A stretch of DNA of 64,000 nt, from contig OZ252098.1 of NCBI GenBank assembly GCA_965248355.1, positions 960,001 to 1,024,000 on the forward strand. Reading direction: 5' to 3'. The first letter of the stretch is position 1. Every line of letters begins with the position of its first letter. Under the pieces are notes generated by a model. That model made no database searches. It was not told where the DNA came from and saw nothing but the letters and a program-made list of their open reading frames with translations. Source of the stretch: Candidatus Latescibacterota bacterium (GTDB taxonomy: Bacteria > Latescibacterota > UBA2968 > UBA8231). Shown here piece by piece: positions 28,976-38,889 of this stretch. The position numbers were made by a program, and so were the translations under genes.

Positions 28976-29440
28976 TCACCGTGGTTGGACGAAGCGCTCC
29001 GTCTCCCTTTCCATGACGCCCAGTTCCGCAGCCGTCCGGTGGTCGAATCCCGCCAGATGCAGGAGACCGTGGACGAGAAGCCGGGCCAGTTCCTCCTCAA
29101 CGGTCACCCCCCGCTCCTCGGCCTGCGCAGCGGCCCGCTGCAACGAGATGTAGAGTTCGCCCGCCGGGGCCTCCAAGGTCGGAGGGGGAAGGACATTACC
29201 ACCTCCCGGGCGCCCGGCAGGGTCCCCGAGGAAAGAGAAGGAAAGGACATCGGTGTTCCGGTCCCGGCCGCGGTAGGCCGAGTTCAGGCGGCGGACCTCG
29301 CTGTCGTCGGTGAGCACGGCCTCCACGGGGCCGCCCGCGACATGCACGGAGAGAACCCTCCGGGCTACCGCCGTCAGGCGGCGGCGCGTCTCGGCCGCAA
29401 CGGCCTCAGGCAGGTTCGGGCTGCAGTGCAGTCGAAACAT
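28976..29440 (-). CDS. ybeY: rRNA maturation endoribonuclease YbeY
   Basis: LNSAYRG-x4-TDVLSF, HGLLHLAGFDH. Confidence 0.95.
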   Translation of the reverse strand: MFRLHCSPNLPEAVAAETRRRLTAVARRVLSVHVAGGPVEAVLTDDSEVRRLNSAYRGRDRNTDVLSFSFLGDPAGRPGGGNVLPPPTLEAPAGELYISLQRAAAQAEERGVTVEEELARLLVHGLLHLAGFDHRTAAELGVMERETERFVQPR

Positions 29441-31682
29441 CGGCCTGGCTCCGCTGGGTCTGCCATGGATATTCGAGCCGCCCGTGCAGGGTGCCCATCA
29501 GTACGGGGAGGAAGGATTCCTCCACGCCGTGCAGGTCCCGCAGTGTCAGCGGGCATTCGTCGAGCTCGCCGGCGGTGAATTTCTGCTGAATGATGCGGCG
29601 CACGAGCTGACGAACGCGATTCGGCGTGTGCTCGGGGAGGGTTCGGGCCGCCGACTCGACCGAGTCGGCCAACATCAGGACGCCGGCTTCCTTCGTCTGC
29701 GGCTTGGGGCCGTCGTAGCGGAAGTCGTCGCGGCGCACGTTCTTGATGCCCTGCTCGACGGCGCGGTTGTAGAAGTACTCGATTACCGTCGTTCCGTGGT
29801 GCTGCGGGATCAGATCGATCAGCGCTTTCGGGAGCCCGTTCTCCTCGGCGAGTTCCACGCCGTCCTTGACGTGGGAATCGACGATCAGGGCGCTCATGTT
29901 CGGCGTCAGCTGATCGTGCGGATTGCGTCCGCCGCGGAGGCCCTGGTTCTCGGTGAAATACTCGGGCTTGAGCATCTTGCCGATGTCGTGGTAGTAGCAC
30001 CCGACCCGGGCCAGCAGGGGATTGGCGTCGATCCGCTGGGCGGCCGCCTCCGACAGGTTGGCCATGATCAGGGAGTGCGTGTAGGTGCCGGGTGCCCGGA
30101 TCGCCAGCTCGCGCAGCAGGGGCCGGTTCAGGTCGGACAACTCCAGGAGCGTGATATCGGTGGTGACGCTGAACAGACTCTCGAAGATCGGCAACAGTCC
30201 CTGGATGACGATGGGGGCCGCCACCCCGATGAAGATGCCGGGCAGCACGTGCTCGGGGATATCGTCGATGCTGACATATCGCAGCAGGTCGGCAGCGGCG
30301 ATCAACACGGCGTACGAGGCGGTGAGAAGGACCATTGGCCGGTAGAACTGGTTTCGGTGACGCACATGGCGCAGCGAGAACACGGCGACGGCGGAGGTGA
30401 GAGCGCAGATGAGGGCCACGTAGAAGTCGCCGAACAGGCTGCCGATGAACAGGGCGAGAAGAAAGGAGACGATCAGTGCGAGTTGTGGGCTCAGCAGGAT
30501 CGTCAGCAGCATGGCCGCCAGGGGAGTGGGCACGAAGAAGGTCGGAATACCGTTGGCCCGAATGTAGGAGGCGATGGCCGCCGTCGACAGGGTGATGATG
30601 GCGAGAAGCAAAAGCAGGTTGGGGCTGTCGAAGACCGCCCGCTCTCGGGCGCCGAGGTAGAAGCCGAGGACCAGGACGATGAAGCCGGCAATCACGGCGG
30701 CGCTCAGGATCTGATACAGGCTCGTTGCGAAGTCTTTCTCCGCCACCTCCGTGAGGTGCTCGGCGAGAGCATCGAGGGCCTCCACGTGGTGGGGCTCGAC
30801 CTTGGCGTTCTTGTCGACGATCATCTCGTCCTGCAAATAGCGACGCTTGATCCGAGCTACGCTTCTCCGGGCCTCCTCCCGCTGCTGCCTGGTAAGCGCC
30901 GCATCCACGACGACGTTCTCGGTGACGAACAGGCCGAGCAGCTCGTGCAAGGCCTCGGCTGCCCCGCTTGAAGCCAGCGAGGGATAGTTCTCGATCAGGG
31001 AGAGGAGTTCCCCCCGTCTCAGGGAGCCGGCGTCGTAGAGGCCGTCGATCAGGATGTCCTGTCCGTCGAGGCGTGCCTGGTGGGTAAGCGTCGTGAGGGT
31101 GTCGGCACGAGACGCCAGGATGCCGGTGGAGTAGGCATCGCCGAGTACCTGCTGAGCGGCCTGCCGAAAGGCCGCGATCGTGTCGGGCGGGGCCGTGGAC
31201 AGCGTCGCGATCAGCTTCCGCAACGCGTTTTCGGACAGGGAGCCAATGACGTCGGGAAGCGCTCGCTGCAGGCGTCTGTGCTTTACGGACGCGGGCATCT
31301 CCATCCGTATGTTCGGCAACAGCACGGCAAAGACCGAGTCGAGGCGAGAGAGCTGGCGGTCCTTTACTTGGTGGTGCAGCGACAACTGGGTCGGCACGGC
31401 GCGCTCGGCTTCATGCCGCTCCCGCTCCAGCTCCTCGGGTCCCTTGCGCACGAAAAAGGCCTGGCTGGCGTTGATGCGTTCTGGAGCGATGCTGCCGACG
31501 CGCAGCTTGGTGACGTGATACGGGCGCTGAAAGGGGGAGAGGTAGGTCAGCAGAGCAAGCGCGGCCAGGGCCAGCCCCAGCCGGTACAGGCGAATGCCGG
31601 CGACCCCGGGCCGGCCCTTCCTCTGACGGCCCTGAGGCGACGCCAACGAGGTCCATGAGCGTCTGAGGGAGGGCGTCTTCAC
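29406..31682 (-). CDS. 7TM-HD membrane phosphohydrolase (PgpH-like)
   Basis: Extracellular domain, multiple TMs, APGTYTHS, YYHDIGK, QHHGT, MLADSVE. Confidence 0.92.
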   Translation of the reverse strand: MKTPSLRRSWTSLASPQGRQRKGRPGVAGIRLYRLGLALAALALLTYLSPFQRPYHVTKLRVGSIAPERINASQAFFVRKGPEELERERHEAERAVPTQLSLHHQVKDRQLSRLDSVFAVLLPNIRMEMPASVKHRRLQRALPDVIGSLSENALRKLIATLSTAPPDTIAAFRQAAQQVLGDAYSTGILASRADTLTTLTHQARLDGQDILIDGLYDAGSLRRGELLSLIENYPSLASSGAAEALHELLGLFVTENVVVDAALTRQQREEARRSVARIKRRYLQDEMIVDKNAKVEPHHVEALDALAEHLTEVAEKDFATSLYQILSAAVIAGFIVLVLGFYLGARERAVFDSPNLLLLLAIITLSTAAIASYIRANGIPTFFVPTPLAAMLLTILLSPQLALIVSFLLALFIGSLFGDFYVALICALTSAVAVFSLRHVRHRNQFYRPMVLLTASYAVLIAAADLLRYVSIDDIPEHVLPGIFIGVAAPIVIQGLLPIFESLFSVTTDITLLELSDLNRPLLRELAIRAPGTYTHSLIMANLSEAAAQRIDANPLLARVGCYYHDIGKMLKPEYFTENQGLRGGRNPHDQLTPNMSALIVDSHVKDGVELAEENGLPKALIDLIPQHHGTTVIEYFYNRAVEQGIKNVRRDDFRYDGPKPQTKEAGVLMLADSVESAARTLPEHTPNRVRQLVRRIIQQKFTAGELDECPLTLRDLHGVEESFLPVLMGTLHGRLEYPWQTQRSQADVSTALQPEPA

Positions 31683-32746
31683 GTCGAAGACACGGGCTGG
31701 GTCCCGTGCCCGTGCCTGTCCCTTGCCTCGGTCGTTGTCCGCCGACTCTCGCCCTGATGCTCATAGGCTTGTACGATCCGCTGTACGAGGGGGTTGCGCA
31801 TGACATCACGCTCGGTCAGGTGAATGAAGTCGAGACCATCGATGTCGCGCAGTACACTGCGCACGTCGACCAAGCCGGATACCTGCCCTTCGGGCAGGTC
31901 GGTCTGGGTGATGTCACCCGTCACGACCGCCTTGGACCCTGCGCCCAGGCGGGTGAGGAACATCTTCATCTGCGCGGGGGTCGTGTTCTGCGCCTCGTCG
32001 AGAATGACGAAGGAGTCGTTCAGCGTGCGACCGCGCATGAAGGCAAGGGGAGCGACCTCAACCACTTTCATGCTCTGCAGGCGAGCCAGTCGCTCGGACT
32101 CGAGCAGTTCCTGCAGCGCGTCGTAGAGCGGTCGCAGATAGGGATCCACCTTCTCCTCCAGGGCTCCTGGAAGAAAGCCCAGGCTTTCGCCGGCCTCCAC
32201 GGCGGGTCGGGCGAGGATGATCCGGGAGACCTTTTTCTGCTTCAGGGAGGACACCGCCGCGGCGACGGCGAGATAGGTCTTTCCCGTACCGGCCGGGCCA
32301 ATGACGAAGATGATGTCGCTGCGGCGAAGAGCCTCGAGATAGGCGAGCTGGCCGCCGCTACGAGCACGCACCGTCGTCCGGTAAGTGCGAAAGCCACGCC
32401 CGCCGAGAGATTCCCCATCGGTCTTGGAGGTCTGACCAGAGACGCCCTGCAGATCCCTCTGGAGCAGGGCTTGGACTTCCTCCTCGCTGAGGCTGGGGTC
32501 TCGGCGCAGGCTCTCGATCGCGGTCTGAAGCAGGCCGCTGGCCTCCCGGATCGACTTCTCTGGACCCTCGACCAGAAGTCGTTCTCCCCGGGCCACGAGA
32601 GACACGCCACAGCTGTTCTCGAGGGCATGCAGGTTCCGGTCGTTGTGGCCGAATAGGACGACCGGATCCACCTCGGCGATTGAGATGGTCTTCTTCAGAT
32701 CTATCGTAGGGGGGGTGATCAGGAGTCGATCAGGGTGAGAAGCCAA
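31679..32746 (-). CDS. phoH: PhoH family ATPase
   Basis: [20 protein letters not shown]; start uncertain. Confidence 0.93.
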   Translation of the reverse strand: MASHPDRLLITPPTIDLKKTISIAEVDPVVLFGHNDRNLHALENSCGVSLVARGERLLVEGPEKSIREASGLLQTAIESLRRDPSLSEEEVQALLQRDLQGVSGQTSKTDGESLGGRGFRTYRTTVRARSGGQLAYLEALRRSDIIFVIGPAGTGKTYLAVAAAVSSLKQKKVSRIILARPAVEAGESLGFLPGALEEKVDPYLRPLYDALQELLESERLARLQSMKVVEVAPLAFMRGRTLNDSFVILDEAQNTTPAQMKMFLTRLGAGSKAVVTGDITQTDLPEGQVSGLVDVRSVLRDIDGLDFIHLTERDVMRNPLVQRIVQAYEHQGESRRTTTEARDRHGHGTQPVSST

Positions 32747-32753
32747 AAGGCGA

Positions 32754-32797
32754 AAAGGGATTCGGGTTCCGGAAGTTCTCCGGTCCGAATCCCCTTT
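32754..32797 (-). terminator. Possible intrinsic terminator downstream of the LysM gene
   Basis: Minus strand GGGATTCGG...CCGAATCCC stem followed by TTTT. Confidence 0.5.
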
Positions 32798-32897
32798 GAC
32801 GCTACCGTCCGCTTTTCCCTGTAGCTGGCAAGTAGGTTGGACGACCTCAGGTATCTTTCACACGCTCCTACACAAGCCTCCGAGTAAGGGCACCAAC

Positions 32898-33731
32898 CTA
32901 CTTGGAGGGGATATCGAGCACTTGAGCCGGAAAGACAAGATTCGGTTCCATGATCTGTTGCTTGTTCGCCTTGTAGATCTTGTGCCACATCGTCGGGTCG
33001 TTGTAGACCTCCTCGGCGATCTTCGTAAGGAAATCGCCTGAGGTCACCAGATACTGATCCTCTCCGACCGCGATCGGCACGTGGAGCTTTTGCTTCGGGT
33101 ATATCAGATCGGGATCGCTGATCTGCTCCTTGTTGGCACGGTAGATACGAGGCCACATGTACGGGTCGTCGTAGACCACGGGCTTGGAGGCGATGCCCCA
33201 CAGGTGGTCGCCCTTCATCACCTCGTAGGTGATCTCCTTCGGAGCGCGCATCATCAACTCGGCAAGCAGGTTGCCGGCACGATCGATCTTCGCCTTCATC
33301 TCGGGAAGGGCGGCGATCTTCGACATCCGCATCTCCGCCAAGTCTTCAGCCGCGACCGTCAACTCTCCCTGGCGCCACTGCAACTCCTCGGGAGCCAGCG
33401 CTGCCAAACCCTCCAACTGCTGCAGAAGCGCGTCCAGGCGGAGTCCGAAATCAGCCACCTCGGCTTCCGTCGCTCCCACGAGGGCGAGAATTTCCGCATT
33501 CCGTTGGGCTATCAACGCCTCCATGTCCTCGACTTGGGCCTGCAGCGCGGCGATCTCCTCGTCCAGCGTGACGATCTCGGCCTTGGCCCTGGCCTCCCCT
33601 GCCCTGTGAGAATGCAACTGCACGCGGAACTCCTCGCAGGTCATTTTCATGGTTTCAGCAGAGGAGTCGGTCACCAGACCGAAGGCAAGGGCAAGGAAGA
33701 CCACACCACCTAGAGGGCGATACCTTGGCAT
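32898..33731 (-). CDS. Secreted coiled-coil protein with two LysM domains
   Basis: Signal peptide, heptad region, YEVMKGDHLWGIA...LIYP and YLVTSGDFLTKIA...LVFP. Confidence 0.9.
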   Translation of the reverse strand: MPRYRPLGGVVFLALAFGLVTDSSAETMKMTCEEFRVQLHSHRAGEARAKAEIVTLDEEIAALQAQVEDMEALIAQRNAEILALVGATEAEVADFGLRLDALLQQLEGLAALAPEELQWRQGELTVAAEDLAEMRMSKIAALPEMKAKIDRAGNLLAELMMRAPKEITYEVMKGDHLWGIASKPVVYDDPYMWPRIYRANKEQISDPDLIYPKQKLHVPIAVGEDQYLVTSGDFLTKIAEEVYNDPTMWHKIYKANKQQIMEPNLVFPAQVLDIPSK

Positions 33732-33757
33732 TTCAGCGCCTTTCTCGTAAAAGAATG

Positions 33758-34051
33758 TCACTCCGGCATCCGGCTTGACAGATTCACTTCCGTTGCGGCC
33801 TTTTTCTCGTCGAGCGCCTTCAACTCGGCCTTGTCATCGGCCAGCTTGCGCTCAAGCCGGGCCTTCTCCGCCTTCTTATTGGCGACCTGATCCTCCGCCG
33901 CCTCCATCGCCTGCCGCTGCTCGTCCAGAAGAGAGAGTTCCTTCTGATTTGGAACGGCGGAACAGCCCGCGATCAGGCCAAGGGCCAAGGCGGCGGCCAC
34001 GGCGTGAAGGGGTCTCCTGATCGCACGGGCGCTGCAACGACGAATACCCAT
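33758..34051 (-). CDS. Small coiled-coil lipoprotein
   Basis: Lipobox LIAG-C followed by charged heptads; AAGGGAG RBS. Confidence 0.8.
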   Translation of the reverse strand: MGIRRCSARAIRRPLHAVAAALALGLIAGCSAVPNQKELSLLDEQRQAMEAAEDQVANKKAEKARLERKLADDKAELKALDEKKAATEVNLSSRMPE

Positions 34052-34155
34052 CGAGCTAACTCCCTTGTGTCTGCTTGTCGCTTGGGTGTGCTGGTCCCTG
34101 ATTACGGCCGGAGAACGGCTAGTCAGGTGCGGTCGAAAAGGCAAGATCAAGCAGG

Positions 34156-34184
34156 AAGGTAAGTGTGCCGAAGGGGGATGTCAA
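34156..34184 (-). promoter_or_regulatory. Promoter of the lipoprotein-LysM operon
   Basis: TTGACA-17 nt-TACCTT. Confidence 0.65.
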
Positions 34185-34233
34185 GTCAAAATCCCCTGTC
34201 CCTACAAGGGCTTACAACAAGGGCCTGAGGCGC

Positions 34234-36018
34234 CTACCGGAGCCGGATCCCGAGCTCCCGGAGTTGCAGATCGTCGACCGGCCCGGGCGAATTCTCCATC
34301 AGTCCGACCGCCTTGTTCGTCTTGGGGAATGCGATGACATCGCGAATCGATTCCTCCCCGGCAAGCATGGCCACCAAACGGTCGAAGCCGAAGGCGATCC
34401 CACCGTGAGGTGGGGCGCCGTATCCGAGGGCTTCGAGCAGGAAGCCGAACTTCTCCCTGGCTTCCTGCTTGGAAATGGATAATAATCGAAAGATGCGCGC
34501 CTGCATCCAGGGCTCGTGGATCCGGACGGATCCCCCGGCGATCTCCTCTCCGTTGATCACGAGATCGTACGCGCGTGCGCGCACGATCTCTGGATCGCCG
34601 CTCAGGGCCTCGACATCCTCCGGCAGGGGGGCGGTGAAGGGGTGATGCACGGCCTGGTACGCCCCCGTCTCCGGATCCCGTTCCAGCAGGGGAAAGCGAT
34701 CGACCCACAGAGGGTGCCAGGAATCGTCGGCGAGCTGGAACCGGGCCGCCAGTTCGAGACGGAGGGCGCCCAGCACCCGGGCCGTGGCCGCCGGCTCGTC
34801 CGCAACCAGCAGGAGCAGGTCGCCGGGCTCCGAGCCGAGCGCCTCGATCAGCAGACGCTGCGAGGGTTCTGGAAAGTACTTGACGATCGACGACTCCAGC
34901 CCGCGCTGGGTGTGTCGCATCCAACTTAGACCTCTGGCTCCCTGCTCCTGCGCAAAGCCGATCAACCCGTCGATTCGACTTCTAGGTAACTGGCTGTATC
35001 CCTTTGCGTTGAGGCCCTTTACCTGCCCTCCAGAGTTAATTGAGGATCTGAAGATCCCATAGTCCGATGCACGAGCTGCTTCCATGAGTTCGACCAGCTC
35101 CAGGCCGAAGCGCAGGTCCGGTCGATCGCTGCCGAAACGCTGCATCGCTTCCCGATAGGACAGCCGGGGAAACGGATCGGGCAGCGAGATGCCGGCGATC
35201 TCGGAAAAGAGGGCTCGGGTGAGGCGTTCCGCCAGGTCCGTCACTCGGCCTTCGTCAACAAAGGACATCTCGATGTCGATCTGGGTGAACTCGGGTTGCC
35301 GGTCGGCTCGCAGATCCTCGTCCCGGAAGCACTTGACGATCTGGAAATAGCGGTCAAGACCGGAGACCATGAGCAACTGCTTGTAGGTCTGGGGCGATTG
35401 GGGCAGGGCGTAGAACTGACCTTCCTGGACGCGGCTGGGCACCAGGAAATCCCGAGCTCCCTCCGGGGTGCTGCGGATCAGAAAGGGTGTCTCCACCTCG
35501 AGAAAACCCTCGCTATCGAGGAACCGCCGTGTGATCTGGTAGCAGCGGTGCCGCAATGCGAGATTGGATTGCATTCGCTGCCTGCGAAGGTCGAGGTAGC
35601 GGTGCTTCAAACGCGTCTCCTCTCCGAGCCCGACGCTGTCGTCGAGCTGGAAGGGGACCGGTCGGGACTCGTTCAGGAGCCTCATCTCATCACAGTTGAC
35701 CTCGATCTCGCCCGTTGGCAATCTCGGGTTCACCATCCCGTCGGGACGGCGCTCGACAATGCCTTGGACGGCGATGACGAACTCGTTGCGCAAGCGATCC
35801 GCCCGGCCATGGGCGGCGGCGCCGTGCTGAGGATTGAAGACGACCTGGGTGAGCCCGCCGCGATCCCGCAAATCGATGAAGATGACGCCGCCGTGGTCCC
35901 GACGGGTCGATACCCATCCCATCAGGACCACGCGCTCACCGAGATGCTCCCCGGTCAGAGTGCCGCAATCGTGGGTGCGCTGCCAGTCGCCGAGGGGGTC
36001 CAGTTGGCTCGTAGACAT
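34234..36018 (-). CDS. aspS: Aspartate-tRNA ligase (probably non-discriminating)
   Basis: RTHDCG, RRDHGG, YALPQSPQ, FRDEDLRADRQPEFTQ, PPHGGIAFGFDR, IAFPK. Confidence 0.97.
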   Translation of the reverse strand: MSTSQLDPLGDWQRTHDCGTLTGEHLGERVVLMGWVSTRRDHGGVIFIDLRDRGGLTQVVFNPQHGAAAHGRADRLRNEFVIAVQGIVERRPDGMVNPRLPTGEIEVNCDEMRLLNESRPVPFQLDDSVGLGEETRLKHRYLDLRRQRMQSNLALRHRCYQITRRFLDSEGFLEVETPFLIRSTPEGARDFLVPSRVQEGQFYALPQSPQTYKQLLMVSGLDRYFQIVKCFRDEDLRADRQPEFTQIDIEMSFVDEGRVTDLAERLTRALFSEIAGISLPDPFPRLSYREAMQRFGSDRPDLRFGLELVELMEAARASDYGIFRSSINSGGQVKGLNAKGYSQLPRSRIDGLIGFAQEQGARGLSWMRHTQRGLESSIVKYFPEPSQRLLIEALGSEPGDLLLLVADEPAATARVLGALRLELAARFQLADDSWHPLWVDRFPLLERDPETGAYQAVHHPFTAPLPEDVEALSGDPEIVRARAYDLVINGEEIAGGSVRIHEPWMQARIFRLLSISKQEAREKFGFLLEALGYGAPPHGGIAFGFDRLVAMLAGEESIRDVIAFPKTNKAVGLMENSPGPVDDLQLRELGIRLR

Positions 36019-36061
36019 GCTTCTTCCGCTGTCGAATCCTGACTTCAGGCCGAAGCAACTA

Positions 36062-36090
36062 AGTTTATGTAAGGCATGCAATTGTGTCAA
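36062..36090 (-). promoter_or_regulatory. aspS promoter
   Basis: TTGACA-17 nt-TAAACT. Confidence 0.7.
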
Positions 36091-36126
36091 AGCAGGGCGA
36101 CTTTGGCCGGGCTCCCCGCCCTTCCG

Positions 36127-36154
36127 TTGACAGTCTGAACCCGGTAGCTATATT
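36127..36154 (+). promoter_or_regulatory. Promoter of the cysteine synthase operon
   Basis: TTGACA-16 nt-TATATT, divergent from the aspS promoter. Confidence 0.7.
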
Positions 36155-36301
36155 CGCCCGCCCGGCCTGGGCCCGGGCTTGCGGTCGCCCCTAACGGAGG
36201 CCGCGAGATCCGGCGGGTTTCGGCCCCCGGGCGCCACAGGTCTCCGAGGGCAGGAAGCCCCTGGGACGAGAAAGCCTACTTCGAGCGGAGGATGTGGCTA
36301 G

Positions 36302-37255
36302 GTGACCGCCGCCCGCGGCGATCGCGGCATCGTCGATCAGATCGGCAACACACCTCTGTTGCGGCTGCCAGGCGTCGACCTGCCTGCCGATGTTTCCCTG
36401 TATGCCAAGCTGGAGTTCTTCAACCCCGGGGGCTCGGTCAAGGATCGACCTGCACGACGGATGATCCTCGAGGGGATCGCCTCCGGGCTGCTCACGCCGG
36501 ATCGGGTGATCCTCGATTCGACCTCGGGCAATACCGGCATCGCCTATGCCATGATCGGTGCTGCCCTCGGGTATCCCGTCCGGCTGGCCATGCCCGCCAA
36601 TGTGACCCGTGAACGCATGTCGATCCTCGCCGCCTACGGCGCCGATGTGGTGCTGACCGACCCGGCGGAAGGATCCGATGGGGCGATCCTGGAGGCCCGC
36701 CGGATCCAGGCGGAAGATAAGGACCGCTACTTCAAGCCCGATCAGTACAACAACCCCGCCAACTGGTGGGCTCACCGCGACTCGACCGCCCCGGAGATCT
36801 GGAGGCAGACCCGGGGCGGCGTCACCCACCTCGTAGCGACCATGGGGACCAGCGGCACCGTGATGGGAGCGGGCCGCGGACTGAAGGCACTCAATTCGGA
36901 GGTCGTCGTTGTGGGAGTCGAGCCGTCAGATGCATTCCATGGGATCGAGGGTCTGAAGCACATGGACAGCTCGATCGTCCCCGGAATCTACGACGCCGCC
37001 TTCCTGGACTCGGTAGTCGGTGTCGACACGGACGACGCTTACGAGGCTACACTGCGCCTCTCCCGGGAGCTGGGGATCCTCGTCGGCCAGTCCTCCGGGG
37101 CCGCGTACGTGGCCGCTTGCCGGGTGGCCAGGGAGCTGACGAGGGGAGCGGTTGTAACCGTCTTCTGCGACGGAGGGGACAAGTACATGACCACCCCCAT
37201 GTGGAGCGAACTTCTGAAGGAGCAGGGGGTCGCAGGAGGGAGGGGTCGATGCTGA
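36302..37255 (+). CDS. cysM: PLP-dependent cysteine synthase (CysM-like)
   Basis: IGNTPL, KLEFFNPGGSVKDR, TSGNTG, GTSGT, GQSSGA. Confidence 0.9.
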   Translation: MTAARGDRGIVDQIGNTPLLRLPGVDLPADVSLYAKLEFFNPGGSVKDRPARRMILEGIASGLLTPDRVILDSTSGNTGIAYAMIGAALGYPVRLAMPANVTRERMSILAAYGADVVLTDPAEGSDGAILEARRIQAEDKDRYFKPDQYNNPANWWAHRDSTAPEIWRQTRGGVTHLVATMGTSGTVMGAGRGLKALNSEVVVVGVEPSDAFHGIEGLKHMDSSIVPGIYDAAFLDSVVGVDTDDAYEATLRLSRELGILVGQSSGAAYVAACRVARELTRGAVVTVFCDGGDKYMTTPMWSELLKEQGVAGGRGRC

Positions 37256-37716
37256 GGATTGCAGAAGCACAGATGCAGAGGATCTGCCGTCAGGCGATCG
37301 AGGAGTACCCCGGGGAATGTTGCGGCATCCTCACGGCCGGGCCCGAGGGAGGAGAAATAGAGGTTCATCCCTGCCGCAACATCCAGGACGAGCTCCACGA
37401 ACGGGATCCGACGCAGTATCCCCGAAACTCGAGGATCGCCTACTTCATCGATCCCGGAGAGCTCTTCAGCATCGTCAACGGGGCGGAGAGAGAGGGGCGG
37501 AGGATCGCCGGCTTCTACCACTCCCACATCGACTGCGACGCCTACTTCTCGGAAGAAGACAAGGCTCGGGCCATGGTCTGGGACGAGCCGGCCTACCCGG
37601 AAGCGGTGTACCTGGTGGTCTCGGTCTATGACGGGGAAGTGCGCGGCCACAAGGGGTTTTCCTGGGACCCGAGGCATTCCGACTTCCCGGAGGCGGAGAT
37701 CCAGGTCCTGGCGTGA
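37249..37716 (+). CDS. JAMM/M67 metallopeptidase (Mec-like, sulfur-carrier processing)
   Basis: YPGECCG and YHSHIDCDAYFSEED (E...HxH-x7-S-x2-D). Confidence 0.92.
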   Translation: MLRIAEAQMQRICRQAIEEYPGECCGILTAGPEGGEIEVHPCRNIQDELHERDPTQYPRNSRIAYFIDPGELFSIVNGAEREGRRIAGFYHSHIDCDAYFSEEDKARAMVWDEPAYPEAVYLVVSVYDGEVRGHKGFSWDPRHSDFPEAEIQVLA

Positions 37717-38045
37717 TCCTCGGGAGTCCTCAGGCCCAACCCGCTCCCTACGCTGCCTTGGCCTTGGCGAGCCTGTAGCCAAGGTGTCCCGGTGCGACTA
37801 TACTAGCGCCGGCCTTTTCGAAAGCCGGTTCCCGAGGGTCGTGGGGCTTGCTGTGATCCAGCCGAATTCCCAGGAGCGGATGGTGCACAACCGGTCCGCA
37901 GGCGCGCCCCGAACACAGCCGCTGCAGCAACTGCGGGTACCGAGGTCGCCCTCCGGATCGGATCGTGCCTTGGCTGCTTGGCTGGGCTCAGCCCGGGAGC
38001 CCACTTCGCAAATCTCAGCGCAGCTCGCCATGGAGGAGTCTGACG

Positions 38046-38345
38046 ATGCCCGTAACCGTTCACGTACCAACCCCTCTCCGCAAGCTCACCGAGAACCAAG
38101 CCGAAGTGCAGGTCGAGGCTGGTTCGGTGTCGGAACTCGTCGACAACCTGGAGAAGTCCCACTCGGGGATCAAGGAGAGACTGGTCGACGAGGAGGGCGA
38201 GATTCGCCGATACGTCAATATCTACGTGAACGAAGAGGATATCCGTTTCCTGGACGGACGGGAAACGGTTCTGGAGGACGGGGACAGCGTATCGATCGTG
38301 CCCGCAATCGCCGGCGGCCGGCCTTGCGCCGCTCGATGGGGGTGA
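38046..38345 (+). CDS. MoaD/ThiS-family ubiquitin-like sulfur carrier (CysO-like) with C-terminal extension
   Basis: VPTPLR, VNIYVNEEDIRFL, SIVPAIAGG-RPCAARWG; GGAGGAG RBS. Confidence 0.92.
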   Translation: MPVTVHVPTPLRKLTENQAEVQVEAGSVSELVDNLEKSHSGIKERLVDEEGEIRRYVNIYVNEEDIRFLDGRETVLEDGDSVSIVPAIAGGRPCAARWG

Positions 38346-38353
38346 TTGTCGGT

Positions 38354-38608
38354 CTATATCAGGGTGTTGACGTGCCGGTTGAGGCGCGACTTGTGGCGAG
38401 CACCGGTGTTGGCTGGCAGCACCCCCTTGCGGACGGTGCGGTCGATGACCGAGATGGCGGTGGTGAGAGCCGCCTGCCCGGCCTGAGCATCGGGTGCTTG
38501 GCGAACCCGCTTTATGGCGGTTCGCATGGTTGACAGAACGCGACGGTTCCGAAGGCGCCGCTGGAGGGACTTTCGCAGACTCTTCTTCGCTGACCTGAGG
38601 GTTGGCAA
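38354..38608 (-). CDS. rpsT: 30S ribosomal protein S20
   Basis: SAKK...RRLRN...MRTAIK...IDRTVRKGVL-x2-N...KSRL. Confidence 0.95.
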   Translation of the reverse strand: MPTLRSAKKSLRKSLQRRLRNRRVLSTMRTAIKRVRQAPDAQAGQAALTTAISVIDRTVRKGVLPANTGARHKSRLNRHVNTLI

Positions 38609-38889
38609 GGGATGTCCTCCTCTCCGCTGTTGGAAGGGCTACAGCCACGCCACGCAGATCCGATTGCAGGAGCGCAACTTGGCACCCCGGGCACCGGGCT
38701 GCGCCGGGAGCCGCACCCGCCCGGTGCCGCAGGGCATAAACCTGATCAAGATAGCTGTCGTCGGCTCTCCCCGCAACTCCGCTCCAATCGGCTGGTCCGC
38801 GGCAAGGAGGGTTGCTATCATCGGGAGTGAGACATGCCGCCCGTCCGGCGATTTCGCCACCATGCCCGGAGTTTGAAGTAGGGACACCC

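Noticed and set aside
27577..32746. phoH-7TM-HD-ybeY-corC as a new system
   Set aside because: Widely conserved known gene order
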